Assembly: GCF_006345805.1 (NCBI RefSeq)
Contig: NW_021832224.1
Coordinates: forward strand, 1-64,000
DNA from: Octopus sinensis
Lineage: Eukaryota
DNA: 64,000 nucleotides
Reading direction: 5' to 3'
Shown here: positions 24,780-36,926 of the stretch, piece by piece
Position numbering within the stretch: the stretch's first letter is position 1
Layout of the letters: every line of letters begins with the position of its first letter
Position numbers and translations under genes: made by a program
The notes under the pieces: model-generated
The model's database searches: none
Seen by the model: the letters and a program-made list of their open reading frames with translations, nothing else
Told to the model about the DNA's origin: nothing

Positions 24780-25560
24780 TAATTCTGGCTAAATCGTGCG
24801 TATGATTCTAAATTCTGCCAGAACGAAGGGCCGTGCAAGGAATTATCGGCCAATAAGTCTAATATGTTTAATCTCAAAAATTATAGAACGGATTGTTTTC
24901 AACAGACTTTCAAACTTCGTAGAGGAGTCAGGTACGCTTACCTAGGAGCAGTGGGGCTTTCAAGCAAAATATCTTGTGGAAATTGCTTCAGAGAGCTATC
25001 TATCCACGAGACAGTTGTGGGAGCCGAATGTCGGAACCACTTGGATTGCGAAACAGGCAGGAAAATGAAAACTGCAGAGAACCTCCATGGGTTTACAATA
25101 ACGATTCGAGGAGGAAATGCGCTCAAATTCTCAGGAGCATAATTCACTTTCACCTTAGTTCGGAAACGTTTTTTATTTGTTTATAAAACGTGCGTCGAAC
25201 CAGTGCTTACCTCGGGTTCGAGGGATGGTAGTCTACTGTTGAGAGGGATGGCTAAAGGCGATATGCCATCCAATTTGCAAATGGGCTGCACCTGTACCAT
25301 CCCTCAAGAGATGGAAGACGCGACAGAAAAGATTGGGAGTGTTCTTGAGAGAGCATTTGTCTCTCGAATCTGAAACTATTGGAATGTACGAATGGTTTTC
25401 TAATTTGCCGAATTGAAATGTGAAATTGACTTGATCGATTACACTTATGATGGGTTTACAGATAAATGATGAGTCATCTCCGAAATTCCCTTTTCTGATA
25501 AAAATTGTCTTTATTTCCTCGACAATTAACGTCCTTTCATTTTAAAAACGACATGCCGTT
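24780..25560 (-). CDS. Unidentified multi-exon gene (ends approximate)
   Basis: Exon-like segments with canonical GTAAGC donors (near 25213 and 24940); product not recognised. Confidence 0.4.
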
Positions 25561-25696
25561 TCCGGGAAACGCGACTTGAAACAATTGAGGAAATAACTTA
25601 AAAAAAGGAAGGAACCGTCAAGAGAGGTGTGTGGAATTGTACTTAACAAAAGCGTTTCAAAAGACAGGAAAAAGGAAAGACAAATTAGGAAAGGAG

Positions 25697-26240
25697 TTAT
25701 CGTTGACGGTCGAATTTTCTAGAAGTGTGTCTATCGGCGAAAGCACCGCTGAGAAAAGCCCAGTTGACTTGAATGTTGGTGCCATAACACTTCAGGTCGT
25801 CCATTTCCTTCAAGGCCCGGACAGCTTCGTCGTGTCGTTCATATTCGACGAGCGCATAGCCCTATAATACTAACGAGACAACCCAACTATGTTCAGTCCA
25901 GTCCTATAGTCGATCGGCATTTTGAAGTTCTTCAATTTTCCGTGCTCAGAGAACTTTGCCTTCATTTCCTCAGGATCTGCCTCTTCGTAGATTCGAGTGG
26001 CCATGAGAATCCACCCTTCGACGGCTATTTAAGTTAATTGACAGTCTTATTACATCTTTGAGGGACAACTTTCCCGGGGATGGCGTTGTTGAGTCGCATG
26101 AATACGTTGTCTCGATCACTCCTGTGTCGGGAAGATGGGTTTGGAAGGGAAATATCTGACCCTTCTATTATTTAATTAATATATTAAATACCATTAACGC
26201 TGTCTTGTTCGCAGTAATTCACATCAATCATACGAGACAT
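25697..26240 (-). CDS. RBM8A: RNA-binding protein 8A / Y14, exon junction complex (153 aa; 27-, 29- and 26-nt introns)
   Basis: PQRSVEGWILMAT.IYEEA...KFSEHG.LKN..MPIDYRTG...GYALVEYE...EA..A...IQVNWAF. Confidence 0.93.
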
Positions 26241-26546
26241 TAATGCACAACAAAAAGACTATCGTTATAAGTAGTTTATATAAATTAAATAAAAATAAAT
26301 TAAATAATATAATTAATTAATATTTAAAGTGTATTCAAATGACGCAAATTTTTCATCATAAAGCAGTTGGTCGAAAAAAATCTGATCAGGTGAGCATTAT
26401 TAGACACTATCATCCATTACAATCTCACTCTTTAAAATGGACTAAAATGCTGCAGTAAACCCAGTTATTTTATCAACTGGCTTAGTCATCTACTCTGGGG
26501 GTAAACAAAAAGTAACGAAATATGTTAATTCGTTTGAATTAATATA

Positions 26547-27970
26547 TCAGGATATATAGAAATTCCAATCTGGAGATTTTTGGTTCGACAGCTGTTTATT
26601 CGGGACACGCGAATTGATCTCGTCTACTGCTTTTTCAAGGAATGGGTAGTTAGAAAACAAAACATGTTTTTCCCAATCCTGTACAAGTTGCGTTTCCGTA
26701 ATTAAGCCACTATAATATATACATTTTTTCACTTTTTATTTTCTTCTCCAATTCCAATCAAATCAAACAGTTCCTCTGCTTTATTTTCAAGCTTTCTGGC
26801 TGTGTCGGAGATTATTTCGATTTGATTTTTCAGGTCCCTGATTTCCGTCTAAACACATTTATTTAAAATTTCTAATAAAAATCATCATTTGAGATATGAT
26901 TTGTGATAATATTGGTAAACTTGTTTTATTTTACGAACCAGAGCAGTAATTCTCGCATTTCTTATTTGCGTGAGTTGGTCTTGGGACTGGCAATTAGAGA
27001 CCAGGTCATTCGTCATTTCCGCCAATCGACTTTGTTTTTGTTTTAATTCCATTCTTCGGCTTTCGATTTTCTCCACAATCCCCCGATCAATGACCTCCAA
27101 CGGCATCAGCTGCAGTTTTCGTTCTTCAGAAATGAATTTGTTGTTTCTTACCATAATTATTGAGGTATTCATGTTCGGCTGTCTTGATGTGAAGTGAGTC
27201 CGTCAGTCTACGAGTCATCTCGGCATGCACACTCTTTGTTGTCATCCTCGAGTCGCTTAATTTCATTTAAGAGTTGTAAATTTTCTCGGCTTTTCTCTTC
27301 AAAATTATAAAAATGCTTTTCTTCACAATGATCACGTTTTTGCTGCCAATTCAAGTATTCCTTCAGTGAGGTTTGAAGACAAGAATCGTATCTTTCCTAA
27401 ACATATCATCAAATATTGATTACTTTAATCAGATACAAAACATTCTTCATTTCTGGCGAGGCAGGGACTTTGGTAAAAAAATCGGAAGAAATTAGCATTT
27501 TCTTAATCTTAGTATCAAGTTCAGTCGGCCCCTGGGCATTGATCAGGCCCTAACAGTCACACCAATCACATACCAATTCAAGTTGACTGGCGAGGGACTG
27601 CATACTTTTGATTAAGGGAAGGCCGGTTGAATTGCTTTTGCAAATTTTACTGTTTTGTGAGGAAAAGAGTCTGAATTTATCTCGGTGACTTAAAAATAAT
27701 TCTTCAGTGTTTGAGAGTGTTTTATAAATGTTTTTTCTGGGTTTTATTGGAGGCAGGCGTTGCTCCTGGTTTATTTTAGTTAATAATACATTTGATAGTT
27801 GCCTGTCGTGCCTGGATTGCTCATCGGTATCTGATTTTCTATAAATTTAAATTACACAGACGCCACCCACATATCTTGTGGTTTCTTTTTGTTGAAAGAT
27901 GAGCAGACTGTTTGGGATTCGTATTTTTCTGAGTATCCCTATCTTTCAGAGACGGATTTATGGTAGACAT
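26547..27970 (-). CDS. Coiled-coil protein, unidentified (ends approximate)
   Basis: E/K/Q/L-rich exons (ORFs 26885-27172 and 26547-26732) joined by short GT..AG introns; no confident family. Confidence 0.5.
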
Positions 27971-28622
27971 CTTTAGACCATGGTTGCTTAGCAGTATAAG
28001 TTGGGCAGATCAATCAATTCAAATAAAAGTAGTTTGACCAATAAACTATTTTTAATTAATAAGAAAAATTTTTAAATGATTGAAATGACTCGAAAAAAGG
28101 ACCGTCATTCTTTATAGGATTTAAGTTGGCATATTCACCAAGTCCTGGTTCTTGGAGATATAAATACTCTAATAGCCATGTCACAGTCTTTGGAAAAATT
28201 TGCAAGCTTATTTTGAAATTTACGCTTGTTGTGTAATTTTACTCACAATTTGAAGCTAAATACGGCTAACAAGTGAATCGAGTTAATGTTTGGTGAAGTT
28301 TGTATTTCAATGGTTTGAATGAGCAAATCAAAGCCACAAATTAGACGGGTCCGTTGTGTCTACTGCTTTCAGACCCTTAATGGCCACGGCGAATATTGTT
28401 CCGTGGCAACTGAGAATGCATAAATATTATCTCCCTAAAGCCCATAAGGTTTTCCATAGAAGGATTCGATTAACCCAGGCGGGTGTCGAGTGTGTATTAT
28501 AACAACTTAATTGAGCGTGCTAACCGCATAATTACTAATATATAAACCTGAATCATTTACAGAGGAAAATGCGAACAAAAGATCGAAAACTTGATCTGAT
28601 AAAGGATAAGATTATCGAGTAC

Positions 28623-30812
28623 ATGGATTACTCCAAAAACGTCAAAAACGAAAAAATAACTTGTCACTTACTGAATGAGCTTCTGAAAAAATCTGAATTA
28701 AGTTTATCGGCCAAAATAAAACTACGGTGATGTTATACAACCAATTAACCTCACAGAAATCAAATCATGTCTGAATACATGTCATACCCTTTAAGAACAA
28801 TGCCGCGAGAAATATTTCGTAAACATAAATACATATCAGTTATTGGATTCGAGGATTTGTATTCAAAATTATTCCAAAATATATACAGTTATGCCAATTT
28901 GGTTAGTTTAGACAAATGGGGGTTTGGAGCAATGAGTTATTTTAAATTTCTGAAAATTCTGATTATCCTCAACCTCCTCGTGTTTTTCATTTCGTTTTGC
29001 TTTCTCGGAATTATCCCACTATTCGGAAAACCGCTCAATCCGGCGGCAACGAACAAATCCAGCAATTGCTCGGAGTATGCACCCAAACCAACTTTATCGA
29101 CGGGGTCCGCCTTGGTGGCCATCTTCACAGGAGATGTATTCTATTTTGTTGCGTCTTTAGGGCTACATCGAGTCCTCGTTCATGTTCTATGGTTCATACA
29201 AGCCTGTTGACTATTACATTCAGTTCATAAACCTAAGGGTAGATATCAAGCTGGTGTATCCACTGCTTCTACTCTGCTGCTATGGAATATCCCTCCTTTA
29301 TTTGGGCACAATGTGATGAACATTTTTTACTCGCAGGCTGATCACTCAGTCGAGGACGAACGCCATCTACAAACACAGCACCAAGGTCGAAAACAACTTT
29401 ACTCAGTTGGTGTACGTTCACAAAAAATACGGGGATAAAAAGTCAGACAGAATGTTCTACAAACGTCGTTTCCATGTAACACCTGTCACCAATGTCGCCC
29501 CAGTTTGAAATATACACTACACAACGAAAACTCGAGCATGGCCCCACCAAGGTCACGACGAGTCTGATTGCAATGAGGACTGCGATTGCCTTCTTGACAC
29601 TGCTTTTGATTGTGGGGAGCGTGATGGCTATATACTACGCAAATAAGGTCTCCTTCGAAAATCTGGTAGAGAAGTATCAGTCATTTCTAGGAGAGCAGTA
29701 TATTCCAGTATTTCCCATCACTTGTGTTCGTTATCTTCGATATTGTTTTCCCTTTCTTCCTGAACGTATTCCAGCGATTGGAGAAATATGACGGAACTAA
29801 CTCCATTCTGATAAAATTGACCAGGTCTCGAATATTGGTGGGACATTTAGGTTGTCCTTATTCAGACTCGTGCCTCTGGTGGTTTACATGTACTTTGTTT
29901 TCAACTTTACCTTCAAAACTCCCAAGACCTGCATGCGCGTTTATATTGGAGTCACGGTTTTAGTGCTGGGAAAACCACGTCGGCAAATTTCTATACAAAA
30001 TTTTATTTTCCGTGATGATTTTCCACATTCTCTCCGTTCTTGTGATCCTCCCCATCAGGATCTGGTTTACGAATGTGTATCCCGAGTTCTCGTTGATGGA
30101 CAGCATTATTCAGTTGATCAAAACTCAATTTCTTCAATGGTAAGAATCGTGGATGACCCGCAGGATTATCATGCTCTTTGTTCCCGTCATCTCCGTGATC
30201 ACAATAGTCTTCCACGCTTGTCTAGTCCTCCTCAAATATGTACTCCTCCAATGCCTATCGTAGATGGAAATAAAGTATTTGAGTTCTCAGTCCAGAATTC
30301 CCATCAACTTTATCCCGTCGGAATTATTCTTCACAAGCGTGCTGGTGGTGGTGTTCAATGTCCAGTGCTTCATTTCCCTCTACGTGTTCTTCGGGCAAGT
30401 TGGTCAATGACAGACTTAGGTTGGACACGTCACTCGACTGCGGTCCCTTCAGAGGTCTATCGATGTATTTGGGACTGGAGAGACGTCTTGATCACAGACT
30501 GCCGGAATGGCTGGTCAAGTACTTGTTCGTGAAGTCGACGATGGTGGGCATACTAGTAGTGCTGATGTATGAGGACATGGCTATTTATAGATCGACGATT
30601 ATTGTCTTGGTGTGCAAACTGAGGATTCTCCGACTCGACCGGGATAATCTCAAGAGGGACAACCAATATGTGACCCATTCCCTCATACTTAGATTAAAAA
30701 TCTGGAAAACAAGACAAATCTTTGGAGAGTGAAATATAATAACAAAAGCAAAAAATATAATGATGTGATTAATGCAAATTACTTCAACAAACGCCGTCAA
30801 CTCTCAACTTAA
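28623..30812 (+). CDS. TMC: Transmembrane channel-like (TMC) protein
   Basis: WGFGAMSYFKFLKILIILN (TMC FGxGVxSYFxFLR motif); multiple TM exons; FQRLEKY; YQDLVY..QGI.W.G; CGPFRG near the C-terminus. Confidence 0.88.
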
Positions 30813-31178
30813 CATTATTTATATAATAATAATTCACTCGGGTTACTAGGAGACCACTCAGACTTATCAAACTTTGAGGAGTTTAGGCCAAATATCAGTT
30901 TAATAGGCTACAAAAAATGTTATTTTGTTAATTACTTTAATATATAAAATTAATTTTTAAGTGGAAAACAGCTCGATACACATATAATCTATTAGCATAT
31001 AACTTGTCATGAATGGGCAGTATCTTAGTACGTGGGAGCAGAACATTATGTTCAAGGGAACGCCACATCTCAGCTTCGCAAAGCCCGTTGGCAGTTCCAA
31101 CTGGTCGTTGATCTTGAAGGAGGAATACGACCCAGTTTCCCATCCTTATTATAATTTAAGAGCCGGGTTAAAAACGGG

Positions 31179-31499
31179 ATGATTGATGGGACATTCGACG
31201 TCAACAAAATCTACAATGATTTGATGAAGGACGGGAATCTCCCCAATTTTAGTCTGAATGGAGCGAGTTTTCGGCACATCAACACGTTCGAGGCAGAGTT
31301 TGCGGACTATCCCTCCGCCGCGGGGACGAGATTCGGGTTCTACTGCGGGCCAGAGAAGCTGCGACTGATAATGAGTGCCTGCGGGTGTGACAATGCTCAG
31401 TGTATCACCTCGTCCTTTATTCACAGATTTGATCATGCAGACTTTCGACGGGGACGGGAATCGGGACACTGCGACGAGGAGCAATGCTTACTTCATTGA
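31179..31499 (+). CDS. Intronless 106-aa orphan ORF
   Basis: ATG-to-stop ORF with exon-like GC content between AT-rich spacers; no recognised family. Confidence 0.45.
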   Translation: MIDGTFDVNKIYNDLMKDGNLPNFSLNGASFRHINTFEAEFADYPSAAGTRFGFYCGPEKLRLIMSACGCDNAQCITSSFIHRFDHADFRRGRESGHCDEEQCLLH

Positions 31500-31989
31500 G
31501 TGCTATTCCGGTATCCGCTCTTAGTTTTTTGTTCGGTGGGGTACTTAAATTTATTCTGGCTTGTTCCTAATAAACTTTATTCAACTGCTTTCGGTGAGAT
31601 GGAATGCCAATTATTCGAATTATTTCGTTCATGAATGTCAGCTATGTTATACATGATTAACTTTGGGATTCCGATAGTTAAGTATTGCGATGTGGTTTCA
31701 GGGTAGCTTGTCATTTATTTCTGGTCTGACTAACACGAATATATCCCCTTCTTTGCTAATGACATCCGTCGAGAAAGGGTGAATGTTATCAGACCACAAA
31801 TGTGGTTGATTGTTGCTTAAACTGTGAGCATTCGGAAACTATTGATTTAACTAATTTATAGACCACGCTGGGCCTCGATATATTTTGATACACGCATAGT
31901 ACTAATTAGGAGTTTGGAACCAGTGAATGAAACGAGGTAGTGACTGTGAGGATATTTGAGGACTCATTAGTGAGAAATGTAATTGTTAG

Positions 31990-33545
31990 CTAAATGAGAG
32001 AGTGTCCGGGAGTAGGGAATGGAGTGATGTAATCTCTGACACGGCGGGCGAGTGCCTCCACTTGCTTATCCTGTTTAACCTCCTCCACAAAATGACTCAA
32101 CTTTTCTAAATCCCATAATAACCACGTCGAACTAGTATTGGAGGTTATTCTCAGTCCAATGTTGAAGGCCTCGTGGAGAAACTGTGAAATGAGTGGCATA
32201 TCCCCAGTCCGGAGTCCCCTCGATGTGACGGCCGACGTCCCTGCAAATACATCCAAACAACACCAATTCGAACACCTCCCGGGACAGTGGGACTGGTGTC
32301 ATAAGGACACGTGTTTTTGTTCAAAACAATCCCCACCTGCTCACATACGATCTGAGCACGGTTGCCATTCAGCCGATTGGGTCGGAGGTCGACCAAGAGG
32401 AGGTGGTTGTCCGTCCCCCCAGTCACGATCGAGTAGTCCAGTCGTTGCAGACTCCGCGCGAGTTCCCTCGAGTTGGCCACCACTCGTTGCTGGTACTCCA
32501 CGTACTCGGGGGTCATCGCCTGCGGGTGTCACCACCACTCACACTTCGCGGAGGGCCACGGCGAGTGCCCCCACTGTGTGGAGGTGTGCTGCCCCTTGGA
32601 AGAGGGGGGACACAGAGGAGTCCACTTGGAATGGCAAATCCTTATTCCTCCGGGTGAAAATAATGCCGGATCTGCAATGCCACACTCAAGCACAACCGAG
32701 GACCGCGGAGAGTCTTGTGGGTGGTGGAGGTGACGACATCTGCGTGGGGGAATGGACTGGGAATGACATTGGCAGCCACCAGTCCGGAAATGTGGGCCAT
32801 GTCGACCATCAAATAGGCCCCCACGTCATCACAGATCTACACTCATCACACCTCTCTACTTGTCTGAAACGGGCATAGTCCAGCAGTCTGGAATAGCAGG
32901 AAGTCCCGGCCACAATTATCTGTGGCTCGAATAGTCGGGCGGTTGTGGCCAGTTGGTCGTAGTCGATGAGCATAGTCCGTCTCTAAGCGTGTAGAGGGGA
33001 ATGAACGTCCAATCGGTAGGGCATGAACTCGAAGAAGAGAGAGGAGGCGGACACCCTCTTCTTGGCCGTCATGAAGCCGTGGGTGAGACTGGAGTGAGAA
33101 AGGACTGACCAACTGTCCTCCGTGAGAAAGGTCGAGTCCCATGACCCGTCCGTGTGGAGTGGTGAGGGCAGAGTAGACTGCCATATTCGCAGGACTCCCC
33201 GACAGGCATTGCACATTCACCCCCCACTCATCCCCCCTCAGTCTGAACAGAGACAGTGCCCGTGATTGACACAGTCTCTCCACTTTGTCCACCACCTGAC
33301 AACCCCCCTCCAGTCTTTCCCTCACAAAATGGGCAAACCTGTCGCCCGGGTAGCCTTCGCATATTTTATTACTCAGACAGGAGGCGTTGGTCTCTGCCAC
33401 CGCACGACTCGAGTAATTCTGCCACTGTGCATGCAATTAGTACTTCGGAGGCTATTAAATTTATGGTTTCCCTTTGTCGACTTTTCTCCGCCAGTAATAG
33501 TCGATGGATTTCGGGGTCCGTGTCTGCCAAAGCACTGCTCAACAT
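31990..33545 (-). CDS. SHMT: Serine hydroxymethyltransferase
   Basis: DPEI..LL..EK.RQ...INLIASE; LSNK.CEGYPG; [14 protein letters not shown]; MGLDLSHGG; [35 protein letters not shown]; [14 protein letters not shown]; LNKNTCP.D. Confidence 0.97.
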
Positions 33546-33689
33546 TGTGGAACATGTCCTCGAAAGTGCTTTGATCGCAACACTCACTCCCCCAACTATC
33601 ACATTGGTTAACATTCTAATCACCTATTTCAAATTAATTACATTAAATAGAATCATCGATTTTTAATTTAATAATAAATATAATCCACC

Positions 33690-34240
33690 CTCTATTTTGG
33701 ACACATCCCGCTCGGGGCATTCTTGGGTTTGTGGACAAGTAATCATGTTTTGGCATTTTTGGCTGCCTTATGTCTTACAAGTGTATTATATTTCCGCGGG
33801 ATATCTTTGTTGATTTTGACTAATTTGAGTTTCACGGAATACTGAAAGAACGGATTGAACAACCAAACGTATTTTGAGAATTCTTCGTTCGTTGCTCATC
33901 TTTTTGGCCAGCGAATATTTATGAGTAGTTTTAATTGTTTTCTAAGGAAAGAATTGAGTGTTCTAGTTTTTGGCAGACCCCAGGCCTCCGCGTTGTAGAG
34001 CAGGATTGGTTCGACAAATGAGTTGTACAGTCAAATTCGAAGACGAGTTTCTATCCACTTGTGCCTCATCCAGATCGTCCACATTTTTTGAAGGAGGCAA
34101 CAGCCAGCACTTTCCTTCTGATAACATTTTTCGAATAACGAAGGAATATCCGAATTTCTTGCGTGTTCACTTTTCTTCGTTTCTCGTCCCGCGCGGGATA
34201 TGGTAATTCTTTCCGTTTCTTTCCGTGGGATATGGTAATT
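33690..34240 (-). mobile_element. RTE-like LINE 3' fragment
   Basis: LYNSFVEPILLYNAEAWGL...NSFLRKQLK.LINIRWPK; short internal tandem duplication at 34190-34245. Confidence 0.75.
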
Positions 34241-34689
34241 CTTAGAAAATGAATACTCGAATTTAAATATAATATTTATTGTGAATTATCTGCTTGGATT
34301 TTCTCTTTTTCCGGGGATCCGATGGAGGCCCATTCAAAAATAATATATTTTTTTAATATGTCAATTTTACTAGGAACTATTTAGTTCTAAACAAATGTAT
34401 TAAGGTTTCTTTTTTAAGGTTCCTCACAGTCCTTTTCCTCTGATTTGCTACGTGGTCGACGTATGAGCCACGACAATTACTCCAAAATAGAGTAAATTAA
34501 AACTCTTGGAGAGATCCATAGCATAACCACAACAATTGTCTCTCTAAATCCATGAAATAGTGCTCTTCTTAGGTGCTATTGTCTTTTTCAGCTGTTCACT
34601 TTTTCTAGCATGGCAATGTATGACTTGAGTCGTCTATACGACTGGGAAATCCTTTTTAAAGTATGATGAAGGCACGACGCTTTCCTCTC

Positions 34690-34830
34690 CAAATCCATGA
34701 AATCCCAGCGGATTCAGAGAACGACGTCCAACCGCTGACATTCTATGGGCTCAACGATGGCAGTGTGCAACCCACCAGAAATACAAAAGTACTACAACCA
34801 TCCTGGGTATTGATAAGACTTTTCGATTCC
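34690..34830 (+). mobile_element. RTE-like RT fragment
   Basis: GFRERRPTADILWAQRWQCA.HQKYK....ILGID, the same family as the 15-16.6 kb and 49.6-52.2 kb copies. Confidence 0.75.
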
Positions 34831-35040
34831 ATAAAATAATCGACCAAATTAATGTCCCCAAACAGAGGACATCACATTTACCAAAAAACATAAAAATTTC
34901 AAGACAAAAGCCTACACATGAAAAAGAATCTCAAATACCTATAAAGCTACCACAGGATATCATACTTAGAACATAACTAACCAATACAAAAAAGTAAATC
35001 AGAGAATTATTTAAAAACCGAAACAAAGAATGAAAGATAA

Positions 35041-35453
35041 TCAGCCAAAGAGATCATCTAAAACATAAATATAAAAAGGAGACCGAAAATGTCACTGTCT
35101 TCTGACTCCTCCACAACGGGGGCTTTCGCAGGAGCACTTTTCTTTTCTTCAACAGGGGCAGCCACAGATTCGACCACTGCCGGCTGTGCTTGTACTGCTG
35201 CCGATGGGGTGGCTGAACAACCGGAAATGAGATCGTTGATGTTAATCCGAGAATAATAATCAGCAAATTTCTCTAGAATTGTAAGACTCTGATGAAACTA
35301 GCTAAGAATGATTTGACGCTGATATTTGCAACTCTCAGTACTCTAGTGAGGTTGTCGGCCTTGGTAGTATTATGATTAATCATATACAGTGACAGGAGTA
35401 TTCGTATCGTTTAGTAAGAGAGCAGCATACGAATAAGCCCTAACTTCATCCAT
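35041..35453 (-). CDS. RPLP1: 60S acidic ribosomal protein P1 (110 aa; 28-, 26- and 26-nt introns)
   Basis: AYSYAALLLND....VT|ADNL..VL..ANI.V..F; Ala/Pro-rich hinge; acidic tail EESEDSDIFDDLFG*. Confidence 0.9.
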
Positions 35454-35579
35454 GTTGCACGTTTTTAATAATTGATTTAAATTATTATATTATTAAATAA
35501 TTTAAATTATTATAATCTAATTATAAATCTAAATCTTACATTGCTGACTAAAAATTTTTTTGACTCTTTCTATATACAA

Positions 35580-36130
35580 GATCTGGACTTGAAAATTTCA
35601 AAAATGACAAAATCTACACCTATTCTAAACTCTGAGCAAAACGCGCTCATCTATTCAAAAATCCAGAAGGATTCCTTTAAAGATTCCAAATCAGCCAGAT
35701 TTCTGCTGCCTTGTGCCTAGCAGTCTTGTAAAGGGACTCCAGTCACGTGACACAGAATCCTGGATCCCCCTTCTTTGTTTTGAACCTCTCGGACATAGAA
35801 CTTTTGAGCACTCTTCAGAAAACCTCAATTTTTTAAGATCTGAGATTAAAACAAATATAAAATCTTTTCTTAAAGGCCCTGCTAAAGAATTAAGTGGTCA
35901 GCCTGGCACAATATTGCCGACAACACCTGAGATCTATTGAAGCAAAATCACCCGTCGTTCCACTTCATAAAATCCTCACTGGATGTGAAAGTGTTAATGG
36001 AGGAGATCCTCGCATGCATTTCCTTTCTCAATAGGGGCAGCAGCGGTGGATTCGACGGCCTGGAAAATGAAATGGAGATGAAGACACTGCATTCCCTATT
36101 CACCCAGAATGCCACTGGGGAATACTAAAT
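35580..36130 (+). mobile_element. CRE-like retrotransposon fragment (pre-RT region)
   Basis: EEILACISFLNRGSSGGFDGL resembles the CRE-clade 'AIxSFxxGSxGGxDGL' motif. Confidence 0.55.
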
Positions 36131-36169
36131 ATTCATAAAAAGTGCAGTCAATTTTATTTTACTGTGAAA

Positions 36170-36860
36170 CCCCCTATTATCGAACAAATTATAAAAGACT
36201 GCGATATTTATAAATTTGCTTGCCCATTAAAAGTATTTTTAAATAAATATACTCAGGTACCCGATTCTAATTACCATGTAGCGGCAAAAAGTCCAAATGA
36301 AAGATTGACACGAGGTGTGGCAAACTGATAGATAAAGAAGGAACTAAAAATTGGAAACAATTTTTAGACAAAGTTACTTTTTCATATAATACGACACATC
36401 ACTCGCCGATCAGAGACCCTCCTTCAAAAAGTTTACAAGTATTTCTGGAATTGACAATTACCTTTGAAATTCTGATATATCACACAATTTATTATGCACG
36501 GAATTGATTGTTCCCTACATGTTCTCTTATTTTAAACGTTCATAGGATTCTCAGTAAACTTTTTCACCATTAAAGTTCGAAAACATCCATTTTTAGTCGA
36601 TCTATGCGCCGTATAATAAACTTGATCATCCGCCCGCTTTTTACTTGCTGCTGGTTTCCTACAAGATAGCGAAAACGGGGATCAACTAATTGGATAAATG
36701 AAAAAAAGATTGGAAAAAAGATAGATTGAATAAGAATGATAACCACAAGAATCAAATGCGAAAGTGGTATTGAATAAATGAAAAAAAGATTGGAAAAAAG
36801 ATAAAGATTGAATAAGAATGATAACCACAAGAATCAAATGCAAAAGTGGTATGTTGTTGT
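36170..36860 (+). mobile_element. Degraded retroviral-type integrase remnant ending in an about 80-bp tandem duplication (36694-36852)
   Basis: SNYH..KSPNERL...FL.KVTFSYNTT.HSP resembles the integrase core; two copies of ATAAATGAAAAAAAGATTGG...AAAGTGGTAT. Confidence 0.45.
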
Positions 36861-36926
36861 TGACAACCAATATAAAAGAATATGGAGGGCAATACATTAA
36901 CTTATATTAAATGTACTGTTTTGTCA

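Noticed and set aside
32138-32878. Long plus-strand ORF of 246 aa (likewise 43628-44302 minus and many ORFs at 53-56 kb)
   Set aside because: These are antisense or alternative-frame shadows of GC-rich SHMT, DUS3L, SNRNP70 and NEDD4-like exons.
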